64,000 nt of DNA from an uncultured Pseudomonadota bacterium (GTDB taxonomy: Bacteria > Oederibacteriota > Muellerivitia > Muellerivitales > Muellerivitaceae). Position 1 is the stretch's first letter; each line of letters opens with the position of its first letter. A program made the translations under genes and the position numbers. The notes below the pieces were generated by a model, which was given only the letters and a program-made list of their open reading frames with translations, was not told the origin of the DNA and made no database searches. Location: contig CAVYRH010000026.1 in assembly GCA_963770835.1 (NCBI GenBank), positions 608,001 to 672,000 on the forward strand, read 5' to 3'. Positions 38,768-49,080 of this stretch are shown piece after piece.

Positions 38768-38844
38768 CCACGGACATGAATTTCCGGCGGGAAGAATCCG
38801 TATCGATAGGTCAATAACCGTTTAAAGCCGAAAGGGGCGAAAAT

Positions 38845-39996
38845 TTGGAATATACCTACCAGTACCTCATCTTAGGCGGCGGCTTGGCTGGTGCCCACGC
38901 CATTGAAGGTATCCGGCAACAGGACCCACAGGGGACTATCGGCTTGTTGAGCGCGGAAGACCGCCTTCCCTATATGCGCCCGGACCTGTCCAAACACCTG
39001 CTTTGGGGCAAGAAGACTTTGGACCAGATCCCCGTTTTTCCGGAGGATTACTACAAAAAACAAAAAGCCACCTTTCATTCGACCACCAAAGCCACACGTA
39101 TCGACACCGAAGGATCCTTTGTCCTGGACGAAGACGGCAACCGCTACGCCTATTCCAAACTTCTCATCGCCACCGGGGGTCGCCCCCGGGAAATTCCAGG
39201 GGCGGGGAAGGCGGTCCATTACTACCGGACCGTCGAGGACTACCTGGAACTGACCCAGGCCCTCACCAAAACCGAGGATTTTCTCATCATAGGGGGCGGT
39301 TTCATCGGCGCCGAACTGGCGGCGGGAATCGTCCACTACGGCAAGAAAGTTTCCATCCTGATGCGGGGGGACAAGCTCCTCTCCAATATTTTTCCCGCCG
39401 ATCTGTCCGCCTTCGTGACGGATTTCTACCGGCAAAAGGGGGTCACCCTGATCACAAGGGATGAGCCCGCTGGTTTCGACCAGAAGGGCGACCGGGTGAC
39501 GGTCAAGACCGCATCGGGAAAATCCTACGAGGCGGGCTGGGTTATTGCCGGGATCGGGTTGGAACTGGAAAGCCAATTGGCCCAATCCGCGGGGCTCAAA
39601 ACCGGCAACGGCGTCATCGTGGATGAGTTCCTCCAAACTTCCAAGCCGGGAATCTTCGCGGCGGGCGATTTGGCCAATTTCCCCTCCCGTATCCTTGGAG
39701 CGGGCCAGCGGGTGGAGCACCGGGACAACTCGGAAGCCCAGGGAAAATGCGCCGGCGCCAACATGGCGGGGGCCCGGAAGCCCTACGACTACCTGCCTTT
39801 TTTCTATTCGGACTTGTTTGAACTGGGGTTCGAGGCGGTGGGAAAATTGGATTCCCGAATGGAAACCCACGCCGCCTGGGATGAACCCCTCCGTAAGGGA
39901 GTTGTGTCCTACCAGGAGGGGGGGCGGCTCAAAGGAATGCTGCTTTGGAACAAGTGGGACCGGGTGGAGTGGGCACGGGGAATGATTAGCCGTTAA
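38845..39996 (+). CDS. FAD/NAD(P)-dependent oxidoreductase (ferredoxin-reductase-like)
   Basis: GGGLAG, PYMRPDLSK, IATGG, GGGFIGAE, TS.PGIFAAGD, PFFYSD. Confidence 0.92.
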   Translation: MEYTYQYLILGGGLAGAHAIEGIRQQDPQGTIGLLSAEDRLPYMRPDLSKHLLWGKKTLDQIPVFPEDYYKKQKATFHSTTKATRIDTEGSFVLDEDGNRYAYSKLLIATGGRPREIPGAGKAVHYYRTVEDYLELTQALTKTEDFLIIGGGFIGAELAAGIVHYGKKVSILMRGDKLLSNIFPADLSAFVTDFYRQKGVTLITRDEPAGFDQKGDRVTVKTASGKSYEAGWVIAGIGLELESQLAQSAGLKTGNGVIVDEFLQTSKPGIFAAGDLANFPSRILGAGQRVEHRDNSEAQGKCAGANMAGARKPYDYLPFFYSDLFELGFEAVGKLDSRMETHAAWDEPLRKGVVSYQEGGRLKGMLLWNKWDRVEWARGMISR

Positions 39997-40011
39997 ACCA
40001 AGGAGGATGAA

Positions 40012-40488
40012 ATGGCCATATTAAAAGAAGGAACCCAAGCGCCGGATTTTACCCTGCCTTCCACCCCGGACCAAAAGGTCTCGCTATCGGAATTCCGGGG
40101 CAAAAACGTCATCCTCGTTTTTTATCCCGCCGACTGGAGCCCGGTCTGCGGGGACCAATTGGCCCTTTATAACGAAGTCCTGCCCATGTTCCAGAAGCAT
40201 AACGCCCAGGTGATCGGCCTTTCAGTGGACGGCATCTGGTGCCACTTGGCCTTCACGAAGGAACGGAAGTACCGCTTTCCCCTGCTGACCGATTTCGAGC
40301 CCAAGGGTGCGGTGGCTAAGCTCTACGGGGCCTACCGGGAGAAGGAAGGCACCAGCGAAAGGGCGCTTTTCGTCCTGGATAGGGAAGGGATCATCCGTTG
40401 GAGTTATTTATCGCCGGTGGGGGTCAACCCGGGCGCGGACGGGATCCTGGACGCGCTGGAAGCCCTTTCGGAAAAGGAGAAAGTATGA
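40012..40488 (+). CDS. Peroxiredoxin (AhpC/TSA, AhpE-like)
   Basis: APDFTL, FYPADWSPVC, ERALFVLD. Confidence 0.9.
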   Translation: MAILKEGTQAPDFTLPSTPDQKVSLSEFRGKNVILVFYPADWSPVCGDQLALYNEVLPMFQKHNAQVIGLSVDGIWCHLAFTKERKYRFPLLTDFEPKGAVAKLYGAYREKEGTSERALFVLDREGIIRWSYLSPVGVNPGADGILDALEALSEKEKV

Positions 40489-41036
40489 GCACCGCCGCCA
40501 AATTGAAGATCCCGGTTTCCAAGGAAGACCATTCCCAGGGCCCGGAGAATGCCCCCCTGGTGCTGGTGGAATACGGGGATTACCAATGCCCCCATTGCGG
40601 AAGGGCCTTTCCCATCGTCAAGCGCCTCCAAAAGGCCCTGCACGACAAGATGAAATTCGTTTTCCGCAATTTCCCCCTTTCCGAAATGCACCCCGACGCC
40701 TTGAACGCGGCCAAGGTGGCCGAGGGGGCGGCCCTGCAGGGAAAATTCTGGGAAATGCACGACATGCTTTACGAGAACCAGGGGGCCCTGGACGTGGGTA
40801 GCCTGGAGCAATACTCGGCAAAACTGGGGCTGAACGCGGAGGCCCTTGAGAAGGCCTTGGGGGAATCGGGCGTGGAAGACCGGGTCGCTCGGGACTTCGA
40901 GGGCGGGGTGCGCAGCGGTGTCAACGGCACGCCGACCTTTTTCGTGAACGGCGCCCGCTACGACGGCGACTGGTCCTATGGCCCCTTTTTGAAAGCCCTC
41001 GAGGCGGTTTTAGGACATGAGGAAGCGGACGATTAA
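40485..41036 (+). CDS. DsbA/thioredoxin-fold protein
   Basis: EYGDYQCPHC, FRNFPL, GVNGTPTFFVNG; translationally coupled to the peroxiredoxin. Confidence 0.92.
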   Translation: MSTAAKLKIPVSKEDHSQGPENAPLVLVEYGDYQCPHCGRAFPIVKRLQKALHDKMKFVFRNFPLSEMHPDALNAAKVAEGAALQGKFWEMHDMLYENQGALDVGSLEQYSAKLGLNAEALEKALGESGVEDRVARDFEGGVRSGVNGTPTFFVNGARYDGDWSYGPFLKALEAVLGHEEADD

Positions 41037-41048
41037 AAAGGGGAAACG

Positions 41049-41384
41049 ATGGCGATCACCAAAGAAGACATCCTGGAGAAAATGAAAGAAAAGGACGTGG
41101 TGGTCCTGAATGTCCTGCCTAAAGAGGACTATGAGAAGCTCCACATCAAGGGCTCGGACAGCTTCTCTATCATTCACATGAGGCCGGAAAATTTCGCAAA
41201 AGCGGTTGAGGCGAAATACGGCAAGGATAAGTTTTTCATCACCTATTGTTCCGGTTTTCCCTGCCAGCACTTCATGGAAGCCGCGGATGCCCTGACGAAG
41301 ACTGGGTTGAAGGCGGAAGGCTACGCCGGGGGCATCCAGGAATGGGCCGAGTCGGGTTTGCCGGTGGAAGGAAACCAGACTTAA
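41049..41384 (+). CDS. Rhodanese-like protein
   Basis: HIKGS, TYCSGFPC, YAGGIQEW..GLP. Confidence 0.88.
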   Translation: MAITKEDILEKMKEKDVVVLNVLPKEDYEKLHIKGSDSFSIIHMRPENFAKAVEAKYGKDKFFITYCSGFPCQHFMEAADALTKTGLKAEGYAGGIQEWAESGLPVEGNQT

Positions 41385-41569
41385 ACCCGCCTATGGGGTG
41401 GATTAACCGTTAATTGAATTTTAGGACCGGTTTTTAACCTTTCTTATTTTTGTGGAACCCGCCTTTCATTCTCCGATGGAAAAAAGCCGAGATTTTTTAC
41501 ATCGGGTTAACCCTCCCATCCCTATTTTCCTGGTTTCGGATTGCCGCGCATGCGATTATTGGGGGCACC

Positions 41570-42955
41570 ATGACCGAAGTCCCCCTCAACCTGCCGATCG
41601 ACGAAAAAGAACTCAACCTAGTGGACGGGTTCCGGCAAAGCCGGAACACTTCCGTGCTTACTATTATGTTCACGGATATCCAGGGTTTCACCAAGCTCAC
41701 CGAGGAGCGGGGGGACGCCTTTTCCAACGAGATGCGGCGGGCCCATGACGGCATCCTGGTCCCCGTGATCGAGCGGGATGGCGCGGGACGGGTGATCAAG
41801 CACATCGGCGACGCCGTGATGGCGGTCTTCTCCGAGCCTTCTACGGCGGTGGCGAGGGCCCTGGAAATCCAAGATGGACTCCGGAAGTACAACGCGGAGC
41901 ATCCCAACCAGCCGCCGCTTCTGGTTCGCATCGGGCTGCACATGGGCCAGGTGACGGTGGAAGACAAGATGAGCATGGACGTCTTCGGCCGCCACGTGAA
42001 CCGGGCCTCGCGGGTGGAAGGGTTGGCCGGGGGAGGCCATGTTTACCTCACCTACAGCGTGTTCGACTCGGCCAAGGGCTGGCTGGCGGGACGGAGCGGG
42101 GAAGCGGTCTGGGCTTCACACGGGCGTTACCGGGTGAAAGGGATCGACGAACCCCTGGAGATTTACGAAGTCTTCCGTCCCGGCGCTGTCAAACCGCAAG
42201 CGCCCCAGGGCGCCAAAAAGCAAACGAATTTACCCCGCTTCTTGCCCGCGGCCGGGCTGGTGCTGGCCGGCGCCCTGGCGGTGATGGGGTTCCTGGCTTT
42301 CGCGAGGACGACCGTAACCTTCGAGGACCTGGGCGTGCGCACCGACACGACGGACGTCTTATTGGAAAACAAGACCCGGCTTCAGTTTGAGGGGGAGCCG
42401 GGGGACCACTTGCGCAAATGCCTCACCCCGATCAAAACCGGTCCTCACCTTATTTATTACGACGTCAGTTATATCACCCGTTATTACTCCCCGATTACCG
42501 TCGTGCGGGGGCGGAACATCCTTCGGCCTTCCTTTGAGTACTTCGGCATGCCGGGTTTACAGGGGAATACCAGCTTCGAGCCCCACGGTAAAAACGAAGA
42601 GACCTTCACCAACTCCACCGACTATTCCACCTACGACGATGCCCTGGTCAAGCATGACCACAAGGCGGCCATTTCATTTACCGTCAAGTCCGCCGCCGGC
42701 AATAAGGTGCCCGCCGCAAAGGGAGTGAAGAAACACACTACCCTTTTTTGGTCCATCAACTGGAACGTGACTCTGGACGGCCAGCCGATTTCCGCGGACA
42801 AGGTTGTCGTCGAGCATGACCCCGCTTCCCCCGATGAACCCGAAATCAAAAAGAACCTTTGGGGAGACGCGCGGCACAAGTATGTGCTGACTTACATTCT
42901 TATGGGAACCAGCGCCCAGGTCGAGATCCAAGCCCAGTACGCCGAATACAAGTGA
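41570..42955 (+). CDS. Class III adenylate/guanylate cyclase with TM helix and extracytoplasmic C-terminal domain
   Basis: MFTDIQGFT, IKHIGDAVM, RIGLHMG, DVFGRHVNRASRVE. Confidence 0.92.
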   Translation: MTEVPLNLPIDEKELNLVDGFRQSRNTSVLTIMFTDIQGFTKLTEERGDAFSNEMRRAHDGILVPVIERDGAGRVIKHIGDAVMAVFSEPSTAVARALEIQDGLRKYNAEHPNQPPLLVRIGLHMGQVTVEDKMSMDVFGRHVNRASRVEGLAGGGHVYLTYSVFDSAKGWLAGRSGEAVWASHGRYRVKGIDEPLEIYEVFRPGAVKPQAPQGAKKQTNLPRFLPAAGLVLAGALAVMGFLAFARTTVTFEDLGVRTDTTDVLLENKTRLQFEGEPGDHLRKCLTPIKTGPHLIYYDVSYITRYYSPITVVRGRNILRPSFEYFGMPGLQGNTSFEPHGKNEETFTNSTDYSTYDDALVKHDHKAAISFTVKSAAGNKVPAAKGVKKHTTLFWSINWNVTLDGQPISADKVVVEHDPASPDEPEIKKNLWGDARHKYVLTYILMGTSAQVEIQAQYAEYK

Positions 42956-43254
42956 CGGATTGGCCGGGCAAAGCCAACTCGTAAAACTTTAAGTGAATAA
43001 AAAAACCGTTTGTGAGCGAAACCGGGTAGTCATTTAAAAGATGGAAGGGTTCGTTGCTGAAAAAGACGCCGAGCTTTTTTCACCCGAATGACTTACGTTT
43101 TCCATTCGGTAAACTCCCGATGGAGCTTCTCCTTCCGCCTATTTATCCCTTTTATCCGCCGATAAGCCTATAGTGGAACTAAGACCTAGACGACACGAGC
43201 CGCACCCCCCAAATTTCTCGCCCACCGCTTAAGTCCCGAAAGGAAGTTCCCACC

Positions 43255-43611
43255 ATGAAAATCGAGAGGGATTTAGTGTTTGAAAACCTGAACAAAGGCG
43301 GGGCCGTGATTTTAAACGTCCTATCCAAAGCCAAGTTCAAGAAGCTCCATATCAAAGGCTCGGAGAACCTGCCCCTGGGCGAGGATTCGGAGGCCTTTTG
43401 CAAGGAAGCGGAGGAGAGGTTCGGGAAGGACCGGATGTTCATCCTCTACGGCGACCATTTCGGTTTGCTGGACAGCTTCATGGCCACCCAGGCGCTGGAA
43501 GCCCGCGGGATGAACGCCCGCAACTATTCGGGCGGCCTCCAGGAATGGTTCCGTTTGGGCCTGCCAGTGGATGGGACCCAGGTTTCCCCGGAAACGGTAG
43601 AAGACCCATGA
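43255..43611 (+). CDS. Rhodanese-like protein lacking the active-site Cys
   Basis: Paralog of 41049; ILYGDHF in place of TYCSG. Confidence 0.82.
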   Translation: MKIERDLVFENLNKGGAVILNVLSKAKFKKLHIKGSENLPLGEDSEAFCKEAEERFGKDRMFILYGDHFGLLDSFMATQALEARGMNARNYSGGLQEWFRLGLPVDGTQVSPETVEDP

Positions 43612-43883
43612 AGGCGAAAAAGGCCGTTTGCCAAAGTTGCGCCTCTCCCATCCTCCGGGATTTCGACAAAGGCAACGAAAGGGATGGTACTCCCTCGGAG
43701 TTCTATTGCCGCCGCTGTTATGCCTTGGGAGCCTTCACCGAACCCAAGATGACCGCAGAGGAGATGCACGAGATCGTGCGCAACCGGGTGATGCGGCTGA
43801 ACTTCCCGAGGTTCCTGGCCAGGCTTTCGGCGGACAGCGTTTATACCCTAAGGCGCTGGGCCCCCATAGCGGGGCTGGTTTAA
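43608..43883 (+). CDS. Zinc-ribbon domain protein
   Basis: CQSCASP..GNERDG..YCRRCY..GAFTEP..LRRW. Confidence 0.85.
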   Translation: MKAKKAVCQSCASPILRDFDKGNERDGTPSEFYCRRCYALGAFTEPKMTAEEMHEIVRNRVMRLNFPRFLARLSADSVYTLRRWAPIAGLV

Positions 43884-43987
43884 GGATAGCCTCAAGAAAA
43901 AGAGGCCAGGACAACCTGGCGCCTTTTTGACAGTTGGTTCGACGCAGGTTTTAAAGGGAGATTCAATCAGAACCCTTTTCCCAAGCG

Positions 43988-44191
43988 TTAGTGGCCCTGG
44001 TCCTGGTCGTGATGATCCTGGTTCCAATGGTCCCCGTGCTGACGGTGCCAATCATCATCATGGCCGTCCCTCCAGACCCGCCGACCGTGGTCATAATAAT
44101 AAGGAGCCAGGCAGGACAAGTTGAATAGCCCGCCCATCATCAGGATAAGCCACCCCGCCAAAAACCAGGTCCATCCCCTTCGTTTGCGCAT
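43988..44191 (-). CDS. Small His/Asp-rich lipoprotein
   Basis: Signal with NLSC; RBS GGAGG. Confidence 0.6.
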   Translation of the reverse strand: MRKRRGWTWFLAGWLILMMGGLFNLSCLAPYYYDHGRRVWRDGHDDDWHRQHGDHWNQDHHDQDQGH

Positions 44192-44286
44192 GAAGCCCTC
44201 CTTGTTTTTCGTTTAGCCTATACTCACAACGGAAGGAAAATAAAGAGGCCCGTCCGTTTCTTTGCGGCAGAAATATCCTCCGGAGG

Positions 44287-44658
44287 CTAAACGATCTTGC
44301 AAGGGACCAGGGCATCCTCGTCGAAGGAATAAACCGCGCAGAGGCGATGGTAGCCGTCGGCGATCACCACCCGGCCGTTTTGGGGGTCCCGCACTAGGAG
44401 AAGGGGAGGCAGGGCCTTTCCTTCCTTTATTTTCTTCTGGTCCTTATCCACGTGGGAATTACTCACCCCTAACAGCGACAGCCCCGAGGCCCGGAAGGTG
44501 TCCTTGGCCTTGAATTGGCTTATCCGGGCGTCCTTGAGCTTTTTGACCAAGCCGATGGTCTCGGTTTCCGAGTGAAGCAAACCCAAAAAGGATTGGGCCG
44601 CCGGATAATCCTTGTCCTCGGGCTCGGGAAGCCACTTGATTTCGGTTGCCTCTCCCAT
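44287..44658 (-). CDS. Conserved hypothetical protein with ParB/Srx-like motif
   Basis: PLLLVR..VIADGYHRLCA; RBS AGGAGG. Confidence 0.75.
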   Translation of the reverse strand: MGEATEIKWLPEPEDKDYPAAQSFLGLLHSETETIGLVKKLKDARISQFKAKDTFRASGLSLLGVSNSHVDKDQKKIKEGKALPPLLLVRDPQNGRVVIADGYHRLCAVYSFDEDALVPCKIV

Positions 44659-44941
44659 CTGCCGCCTCCTTTTGGAAATTCTAAAACAAGCACCTAAAAG
44701 CCTTAGGATTTCATTCCCATCCTAAATTCTTCCTCCAAGGCTTGAAACAGTTGGAAAATTTCACCTGAAAACCCGTCTTCGGCTTTAAATCGGGCCTTTC
44801 CAGGCGCCAGGTCCACTCAAAAAACAAGCGGTCCGGTTTTTTATCCATTTTGATTGGGGATTGGCCGTTTCATTCGTTAAAATTGCTTATCAGGCCTTGG
44901 CCCATTTGCGTGAGACCAGGTTAATTTTACAGGAGTTTTCC

Positions 44942-45310
44942 ATGACCGAAGGGACCATTTTCCTGGATAAGCGGGCCCATTCCCGCTTTTTGGTGAAGAT
45001 CCCCGTCACCTTCAAAGTCCTGGATGAGAAACACAAGGACCAGGCGATCCGTGAAATAGGGGATGAATCAAGGGATGCGCACTCCCTGGACACCAGCCTG
45101 GGAGGCATGTACATCGTCTCGGATAAAGCCCTGAAGCCCAACCACCACCTGAGCCTCAAGATCGCCATGCCGCCACCCGACGATTCCCTGACCATCCTGG
45201 CCGACGTGGTATGGGCCGACGCAAAGGGAGCTGGCCTGCGCTTTTTAGCGATGAAGGAAGAGGAAGTCCGGCTCCTGGAGGCTTTCCTAAAGCGTCTTCA
45301 GGGAAAATAA
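44942..45310 (+). CDS. PilZ domain protein
   Basis: RAHSR (RxxxR) and DTSLGG (DxSxxG), GAGLRF. Confidence 0.88.
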   Translation: MTEGTIFLDKRAHSRFLVKIPVTFKVLDEKHKDQAIREIGDESRDAHSLDTSLGGMYIVSDKALKPNHHLSLKIAMPPPDDSLTILADVVWADAKGAGLRFLAMKEEEVRLLEAFLKRLQGK

Positions 45311-45391
45311 AAGCGGAGCCAGCCCGGCCTTTCCGCCTGAATCCTCCAGACCCTTCCCCGGGTTACTACTAATTTAAGGATCTATCCGGCT

Positions 45392-46285
45392 ATGGGGAAA
45401 AAATTAAAAGGCGGCTGTTTTTTCCTTGGCACCCTTATTTTTCCCGCGGCTCTAATGGCCCTTGGGTTAATTCCTTTTCAGCCCGCGATGGCCGCCGCCG
45501 TTACTACCAGCGCCCAGTACCAGGCTGTGCCGGTCGGTTCTTATATTGTGCAAACCGACTACTGGAACAAGGAGCAATGTCCCGGGGAGCAAAGTCTTGA
45601 GATCGACGACCAGACCGGCGCCTTCACTTTGACAAAAACCACTTACCATTGCTCGCCCACCGTGGCCGCCTATCCTTCCATCATCTACGGATGCGCCTTC
45701 GGCGAGTGCAGCCCCCAAAACGACCTGCCCGCCCCTGTGAGCGCCCTGGCCTGCGTGAAGAGCGACTGGAGCTTCAGGCCCCCGGACTCGGGTGCATGGG
45801 ACGTGGCTTATGACATTTGGGTTTGCCCGGACAACCACTGCGGGCCCAGCGGATTCAATGGCGGGGCCGAGGTGATGATTTGGCCCGATTACCAGGGGGC
45901 CCACGGCTGGCAATATGACATGGGTTCGGTGACGATTGGCGGCTTGGGATGGGAAGTCTGGCAATTCGACGGAAAAGCGGGAGACAGCCAGTGGAAATAC
46001 GTGGCTTACCTGGCTCAAAACCCTTTTACTTCGGTAAAGAACCTAGATATCAAGGAATTCCTGAACGACTGCCAAACCCGGGGCTACATTAAGCCGGCCT
46101 GGTACCTCTATGCCGTGGAAGCAGGGATTGAAATTACTTCAGGCGGAGTGCCTTTCACGAATAAGAGCTTTTCGGTTTCCGTGAACAAGGATTGCGGGGT
46201 TAAACCCGTCTTCACACTACTGCCGACCTTCACACCAACGGCCACGCCGGACTTAACGCCGCAGGAAATTCCGCCACCACCCTGA
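45392..46285 (+). CDS. Glycoside hydrolase family 12
   Basis: AYPSI, DVAYDIW, AEVMIW, VEAGIE catalytic motifs; signal peptide. Confidence 0.88.
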   Translation: MGKKLKGGCFFLGTLIFPAALMALGLIPFQPAMAAAVTTSAQYQAVPVGSYIVQTDYWNKEQCPGEQSLEIDDQTGAFTLTKTTYHCSPTVAAYPSIIYGCAFGECSPQNDLPAPVSALACVKSDWSFRPPDSGAWDVAYDIWVCPDNHCGPSGFNGGAEVMIWPDYQGAHGWQYDMGSVTIGGLGWEVWQFDGKAGDSQWKYVAYLAQNPFTSVKNLDIKEFLNDCQTRGYIKPAWYLYAVEAGIEITSGGVPFTNKSFSVSVNKDCGVKPVFTLLPTFTPTATPDLTPQEIPPPP

Positions 46286-47129
46286 TCTCAAAACGGGATA
46301 CAAAGAAAAAAATAGAAACAAAGCTTCCAGCGGAATTTGAAAAAAGGGAACAACCGATAGAAGAGAAAAAACTTGTACCCCTCGGTAAGGGCTGGCGCGG
46401 GAATGCTGGGCCTGGGACATTCTTCCGAATTTTTCCTTTTTAGCCATACCCGCCAGGCTTTTTGGGGATTCAAACCACAAACTCAAGTCTTTCCTGGGCA
46501 TAAAACTTAAACCTTTGAACATGACGCCCCCCTTCTTCAAAAACCATACTTTTTTCCAGGCCGTCCAGGCCTTGGAATCTGGACGGGGGCGGATCAACGC
46601 ATGAACCAACAATGTTCTAAATTAGAATTTTAAACCTGAGTTGTCAGCGTTTTATCCGCACCCCTCCCGGTTCCAAAAACCCCGGCCCGTGATGGAATTC
46701 CCGTTCCCCCATTTCAGGCCCGGATCCTCTTGGGATGGACCCGGGCCACTCGATTCGGCGGCTTTGTGAAGCATTAGTAGGTAAAGCATATGCCGTACCA
46801 ATTGGATACGATGAAAGGGAAATGGATCATTCTGAATTTTTTCGTGATTTTTTTCACCCGTGCGGATCTTTTCTGTTCTGGAAAGGATATGTAAATGATT
46901 TTTGATATCCAATTGGGAAAGGAAACCGGTTGAAAAAAGAAAAAGCCTATTACGACAATCGGAACAGATTTGTAGAAACAGCTCAAAGGTCCGAACGCTC
47001 TTGTAGGATCGGAAGCCGGCCTCTGGATTTTTTTCAAAAAGTTTGAAACCTGAAACTTTCGCGGCACGTCCTGCGTCTCAAGTGCGGGACACGGTTGGGT
47101 CCTAAAATAAAATTCAAGCGAGGGTTTTT

Positions 47130-47339
47130 ATGAAAAAGTTACTGTTTGCGTTGATGGCGGCCTTGCTCCTGGGTTCTGTAGCCGGTCAGGTTTTGGCGGA
47201 TGATGCCGCTCCTGTGGCCAGCCCCGCGGCGGCCATGGCGGCGACGCCGGATGCCACTCCGATGCCGAAGCCCAAGAAGCACAAGCACAAGAAACCGAAG
47301 ATGGAGGCCACCCCGGTGGTGACGCCGGCCGCCCAGTAA
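47130..47339 (+). CDS. Small secreted Ala/Pro/Lys-rich protein
   Basis: Signal peptide VLA-D; followed by a terminator. Confidence 0.75.
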   Translation: MKKLLFALMAALLLGSVAGQVLADDAAPVASPAAAMAATPDATPMPKPKKHKHKKPKMEATPVVTPAAQ

Positions 47340-47384
47340 GGATAGCCGTAAAAACGCCCGCTTTCTTTTAAAGGGACGTTTTGG

Positions 47385-47416
47385 AAGCCCCTGGATTCTT
47401 TCCAGGGGCTTTTTTT
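47385..47416 (+). terminator. Rho-independent terminator
   Basis: AAGCCCCTGGA-ttctt-TCCAGGGGCTT followed by a T-run. Confidence 0.85.
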
Positions 47417-47460
47417 ATTATGACGACCGTTGAATTTCTATAGGTTTAGAGGAATCTTCT

Positions 47461-47997
47461 TCAGGGACTAGGACGGGAAGACTTCAAAAACTCCCGGAAA
47501 AAATCGATGAAATACTTGTGCTGGAGATAGGTGAACTCAAAAAAAGCGTCCCGGAGATCGTAATTCATGGAATCCCCCAGCCGCGAAAGGACTTCCTTAA
47601 CGCAAAAATAGCGGGGGCCGGGGCCCTTCGGGTCTTCCGTGCTTTCCCAGAAGGCCTGCAGCCCTTCCGCCACACCCAGGATTTCCTGGCACCGGTCCAT
47701 CAGTTCGGCCCCGTCCCTCAATTTCACCAGGTTTTGCCGCCGGAGTGATTCCGCCACGTAGTCATCGATGACATCCTGCCGGTCCTCTCCCATGATTTCC
47801 AGGGCGACGAAGTCCTCTTTCATGGTCCGCACCAGGTTACAGGCGCTCAGCCCCAAGATTTGTTTCAACAGATCCCCGGGTTCGACCCCCACGGAAAAGT
47901 TCTTTTGCTTTAGGATTTCCAGGCTTTCCGCGAGGCCGGTGGTTTGGACCAGCTTTTTGGCTATTTCCAGGCTTTGATTCTTATCCAGGATAAGCAT
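47461..47997 (-). CDS. Hypothetical protein
   Basis: 178-aa ORF with plausible composition. Confidence 0.65.
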   Translation of the reverse strand: MLILDKNQSLEIAKKLVQTTGLAESLEILKQKNFSVGVEPGDLLKQILGLSACNLVRTMKEDFVALEIMGEDRQDVIDDYVAESLRRQNLVKLRDGAELMDRCQEILGVAEGLQAFWESTEDPKGPGPRYFCVKEVLSRLGDSMNYDLRDAFFEFTYLQHKYFIDFFREFLKSSRPSP

Positions 47998-48116
47998 GAA
48001 TCCCTTCCGTTCTCTTTTTCCTGAAGCGGATAATACTAAGATTTTAACGGATGGACAGCCCCGGCACTGGATAAAAGAGGGAAGACGGGATTTTTTTACC
48101 GGCCACTTTCTTGGCT

Positions 48117-48944
48117 TTAAAAAGCCCGCGCCGCCATCAATTCTGTCGAACCAGAAGGCGAATCACCGACGGATTCGCCGAACTCGAACAGCCAGTCTCC
48201 CGGCTGGAAGGCGATTTGGGGAACATAGGACCAGGAAGTCTCATTGAAGGAAGAAGAGGCTGAGAAATCCGCTTCCACCTGGAGGTACCATTCGGTCGTC
48301 AGGCGATAGCCGAGATCGGTGTTGAACTGCCATTGGCTCGGCACCTTGGGGTTAATGCCGCCCTGGTAATCATAGTCGGCCTGCAGGAAAAACCGCCCCA
48401 TCCGGTAGCCTCCCAGAGCTTCGACGGACCAACTGCTTCCAATCCAGGGAAAAGTGGAATTGGAAAAGCCGTAAGAGCCCCCTGCCTCGATCGAAAAGGC
48501 TCCCGCCTCCTCGTCGTTCCATCCCCCGAAATGGTAGGCTTCGTAGCGAAGGAAGAGCCCCACAGGCATCAAAACCGCCGCATTTTGCCCCAGGGGTTCA
48601 AGAGTGATGAGGTTTGGAAAGTCGGCCTCCAGGCCCCAGTCTTTTTCCAGGCTGACCAGCCCTTCGCCGTAAAGATAAATCCCATGATGGGGGGAAGTAT
48701 CGTTATTGAATGTGGTTTCGAGGTAATAGGTAGTTTCAACCTGGGCCGAATCGGTATTAAGGGCACGGATGAGGCCGGGGTCATCTGACTGCGCGAAGGA
48801 GGGGCGGACCGGAAGGGCCATCCCGAGAGTGATTCCCAATAAGAAAACGATAGGGATGCCGGCCTTAGGCTGGTTCACGGGGTTGAAGTACCTTTCACGG
48901 CCGGCCTCTTCAAGGGTCGGCAAACCTTCAAACTTTAACGCCAA
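48117..48944 (-). CDS. Putative outer-membrane beta-barrel protein
   Basis: Signal SFA-Q, alternating aromatic strands, terminal Phe; start uncertain. Confidence 0.65.
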   Translation of the reverse strand: MALKFEGLPTLEEAGRERYFNPVNQPKAGIPIVFLLGITLGMALPVRPSFAQSDDPGLIRALNTDSAQVETTYYLETTFNNDTSPHHGIYLYGEGLVSLEKDWGLEADFPNLITLEPLGQNAAVLMPVGLFLRYEAYHFGGWNDEEAGAFSIEAGGSYGFSNSTFPWIGSSWSVEALGGYRMGRFFLQADYDYQGGINPKVPSQWQFNTDLGYRLTTEWYLQVEADFSASSSFNETSWSYVPQIAFQPGDWLFEFGESVGDSPSGSTELMAARAF

Positions 48945-49080
48945 ATACCGGGTTCCGCAACCTGGTAAAGTACCATTCCTTCCAATTTCTTATTTCCTGA
49001 AACCATTTCCTCTCTTCCCTATAATCAGTAGGTACAGCCATTGGTAAACCGCCGTATCACTCCCCTTACTTGAGGAAATC

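Noticed and set aside
46290..47100. Short ORFs in a long intergenic region
   Set aside because: No RBS, motif or codon-bias support; function unresolved
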